Positions 60,189 to 64,000 of a stretch of DNA of 64,000 bases are shown here, one piece after another; the stretch's first letter is position 1; every line of letters begins with the position of its first letter. The position numbers were made by a program, and so were the translations under genes. The notes under the pieces are model-generated. The model saw nothing but the letters and a program-made list of their open reading frames with translations, was not told the DNA's origin and searched no databases. Source of the stretch: the human T2T-CHM13v2.0 reference genome, Homo sapiens; assembly GCF_009914755.1 (NCBI RefSeq), contig NC_060927.1, one strand, 5' to 3'.

Positions 60189-61609
60189 GCCTGAAAAAAT
60201 TCCAAATATTCACTTGCAGATTCTACAAAAAGTGTTTCAAAACTGCTCTATCAAAAGGAAGGTTAAACTTTGTGAGTTAAAAGCACACATCACAAAGTAG
60301 TTTCTGAGAATCATTCTGTCTAGTTTTTCTAAGAGGATATTTCCTTTTCTACCATAGGCCTCAAACGACGTTAAAAATATCCGTTTGGAAATACTACAAA
60401 AGAGTATTTCAAAACTGCTGTATCGAAAGGAAAGTTCAGCTCTGTGAGTTGAATGCACACATCTCAAAGAAGTTTCTAAGAATTGTTCTGTCTAGTTTTA
60501 TATGAGGAAATCACTTTTCAAACGAACGCCACAAAGAGGTCCAAATATCCACTTGCAGATTTTACAAAAAGAGTGTTTCAAAACTGCTCCATGAAGAGGA
60601 GTGTTCAACTCTGTGAGTTGAATGCAAATATCACAAAGTACTTTCTGACAATGCTTCTGTCTACTTATTATGTGAAGATATTTCCTTTTCTATCGTTGGC
60701 CTCAAAGTACTCTAAATATACACTTGAAAATTCCACAAAAAGAGAGTTTCAGCACTGCTGTATCAAAAGATTGGTTAAACTCTGAAAGCTGAATATGACT
60801 CTCAAAGCGCTCTAAATATACACTTGCAAATTCCACAAAAAGAGTGTTTCAAAACTGCTATATCAAAAGAAGTGTTAATCTCTGTGAGTTGAACGCACAC
60901 ATCACGAAGCAGTTTCTGAGAATCATTCTGTCTAGTTTTTCTATGAAGATATTGCCTTTTCTACCATAGGCCTCAAACGGCGCTACATATCCACATTGAA
61001 ATTCTACAAGAAGAGTTTTTCAAAAATGCTCTATAAAAAGGAAGGTTAAACTTTGTAAGCTAAATGCACACATCACAAATTAATTTCTGAGAATGATTCT
61101 CTCTAGTTTTTCTATGAAGATATTCCCTTTTCTACCACAGGTCTCAACCAGCTCTAAATTTCTACTTGGAAATCCTACAAAAAGAGTATTTTGAAACTGC
61201 TCTATCGAAAGGAAGGTTCAACTCTGTGAGTTAAATTGACATATCACTAAGTAGTTTCTGAGAATTCTTCTGTCACGTTTTATATGAAGAAATCCCCTTT
61301 CCAAAAAGGCCTCAAAAAAGTCCAAATATTCACTTGCAGATTCTACAAAAAGAGTGTTTCAAAACTGCTCTATCAAAAGAAAAGTTAAACACTGGGAGTT
61401 GAACACACACATCACAAAGCAGTTTCTGAGAATCATTCTGTCTAATTTTTCTGTGAATATATTGCCTTTTCTACCATAGGCATCAAAAGGCGCTAAATAT
61501 CCTCTTGGAAATTCTACAAAAAGAGAGTTACAAAACTGCTCTATCGAAAGGAAGGTTTAACATTGTGAGTTGAAAGCACACATCTCAAAGAAGTTTCTGA
61601 GAATTCTTC

Positions 61610-62900
61610 TGCCTAGTTTTATATGAAGAAATCACGTTTCAAAAGAAGGCCACAAAGAAGTCCAAATATCCACTTGCAGATAATACATAAAGAGTGTTTC
61701 AAAACTGCTCTATAAAGAGGAATGTTCAACTCCGTGAGTTGAATGCAAAGATACAAATTATTTTTTGACAATTCTTCTGTCTAATTTTTATGTGAGGATA
61801 TATCCTTTTCTACCGTATGCCTCAAAGCGCTCTAAATATACACTTGCAAATTCCACAAAAAGAGTGTTTCAAAACTGCTCTATCAAAAGAAAGGTTAAAC
61901 TCTGTAAGCTGAATGCAAACTTCACAAAGTAGTTTCTGAGAATGATTCTGTCTAGTTTTTCTATGAAGATATTTCCTTTTCTACCATAGGCCCCAAACAG
62001 CTCTAAATATCCACTTGGAAATACTAAAAGAAGAGAATTTCAAAACTGTTCTATAGAAAGGAAGGTTCAAACATTTGAGTTGAATGCACATTTCACAAAG
62101 AATTTTCTGAGAATTCTTCTGTCAAGTTTATATGAAGAAATCCCGTTTCCAAAGAAGGCCTAAAAAAAGTCCAAATATTCACTTGTAAATTCGGCAAAAA
62201 GAGTGTTTCAAAGCTACTCTATCAAAAGAAAGGTTAAACTCTGTGACTTGAACGCACACATCACAAAGTAGATTCTGAGAATAATTCTGTCTAGTTTTTC
62301 TATGAAGTTATTTGCTTTTAAACCATAGGCCTCAAACGGCGCTGAATATCCACTTGGAAATTCTACAAAAAGAGAGTTTCAAAACTGCCCTGTCGAAAGG
62401 AAGGTTCAACTATGTGAGTTGAAAGCATACATCACAAATATGTTTCTGAGACTTCTTCTGTATCGTTTTATAAGAAGAAATCACGTTTCAAACGAAGGCC
62501 ACAAAGAGGTCCAAATATCCACCTGGAGATTCTACAAAAAGAGTGTTTCAAAACTGCTCTATCAAGAGGAATGTTCAACTCTGTAAATTGAATGCAAATA
62601 TCATAAAGTAGTTTCTGACAATGCTTCTGTCTAGTTTTTATGTGAAGATATTTCCTTTTATACGGTAGGCCTCAAAGCGCTCAATATATACACTTGCGCA
62701 TTCCCCAAAAGATTGTTTCAAAACTGCTCTATGAAAAGGAAGGCTAACTTCTGTAAGCTGAATGCACACATCAAAAATAGTTTCTGAGAATGATTCTGTC
62801 TAGTTTTTCTATGAAACTATTTCCTTTTCTAGCATAGGCCTCAAACCGCTCTAAATATCCAGTTGGAAATTCTACAAAAAGAGAATTTCAAAACTGCCCT
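61610..62900 (+). repeat. Older ~1.3-kb duplication, copy 2 (partner ~39960-41240)
   Basis: Same ordered private variants at offset ~21.65 kb. Boundaries are approximate. Confidence 0.88.
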
Positions 62901-64000
62901 ATCGAAAGGAAGATTCAACTCTGTGAGTTGAAAGCACACATCACAGAGAAGTTTCTGAGAGTTCTTCTGTCAAGTTTTATATGAAGAAATCCAATTTCCA
63001 ACGAAGGCCTCAAAAAAGTTCAAATATTCACTTGCAGATCCTACAAAAAGAGTGTTTCAAAACTGCTCTATCCAAAGAAAGGTTAAACTCTGTGAGTTGA
63101 ACGCACACACCACAAAGTAGTTTCTGAGAATCATTCTGTCTAGTTTTTCTATGAAGATATTGCCTTTTCTACCTTAGGCCTCAAACGGCTCTAAATGCCA
63201 CCTGAAAATTCTACAAAAAGAGAATTTCAAAACTGCTTTATCGAAAGGAAGGTTCAAATCAGTGAGTTGTATGCACATATCACAAAGAATTTTCTGAGAA
63301 TTCTAATGTCAAATTTTATATGAAGAAATCCTGTTTCCAAAGAAAGCTTCAAAAAAGTCCAAATATTCACTTGCAGATTCTACAAAAAGAGTGTTTCAAA
63401 ACTGCTTTATCAAAAGAAAGGTTAAACTCTTTGAATTTAACACACACACCACAAAGTAATTTCTGAGAATCATTCTGTCTAGTTTTCCTATGAAGATATT
63501 ACCTGTTCTACCATAGGCCTCAAAAGGAGCTAAATATCCACTTGGAAATTCTATAAAAAGAGAGTTTCAAAACCGCTCTATCGATAGGAAGGTTCAACTC
63601 TGTGAGTTGAAAGCACACATCACATGGAAGTTTCTGAGAATTCTTCTGTCAATTTTTATTTGAAGAAATTCCGTTTCCAACTAAGGCATCAAAAAGTCCA
63701 AATATTCACTTGGAGATACTACAAAAGGTAATGCCTTTTTTACAATAGGCCTCAAAGGGCGCCAAATATCCATTTGAAAATTCTAAAAAAAAGAGAGTTT
63801 CAAAACTGCTCTATCAAAAGGCAGTTTCAACTCTGTGAGTTGAAAGCAGACATCACAAAGATGTTTCTGAGAATTCTTCTGTCTAGTTTTAAATGAAGAA
63901 ATCACATTACGAACGATGGCCACAAACAGTTTGAAATATCCACCTGCAGATTCTACAAAAAGAGAGTTTCAAAACCGCTCTATCAAAAGAAAGGTTACAC

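Larger units (their letters stand above)
5549..64000. repeat. Alpha satellite array, divergent HOR-like (SF1/SF01-like), same orientation as the left part, runs off the window
   Basis: Continuous ~171-bp monomers of the same five types. No inversion or second transposon seen. The CENP-B box reads on the minus strand throughout. Confidence 0.99.

Overview
Primate, most likely human, pericentromeric DNA. About 96% of the window is one same-orientation array of ~171-bp alpha satellite (roughly 360 monomers). It is a divergent higher-order array: five recognisable monomer types recur as an imperfect ~850-bp pentamer (B'-A1-A2-B-A3) with 3-mer and 7-mer variants, and the sequence resembles the SF1/SF01 (EcoRI 340-bp dimer) family. 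Only ~22 CENP-B boxes keep the 9-nt core, which suggests a relic array flanking an active centromere. The only non-satellite segment is a 2.3-kb internal piece of L1PA ORF2 (3243-5548). It is truncated at both ends, has no poly(A) or classical TSD, and sits in exact monomer register. Several internal duplication or conversion tracts of different ages are visible. There are no functional genes; the short ORFs outside the L1 are satellite translation artefacts. I see no evidence for a new gene-encoded system, and the interesting signals are structural and evolutionary. All counts and identities are by eye and approximate.
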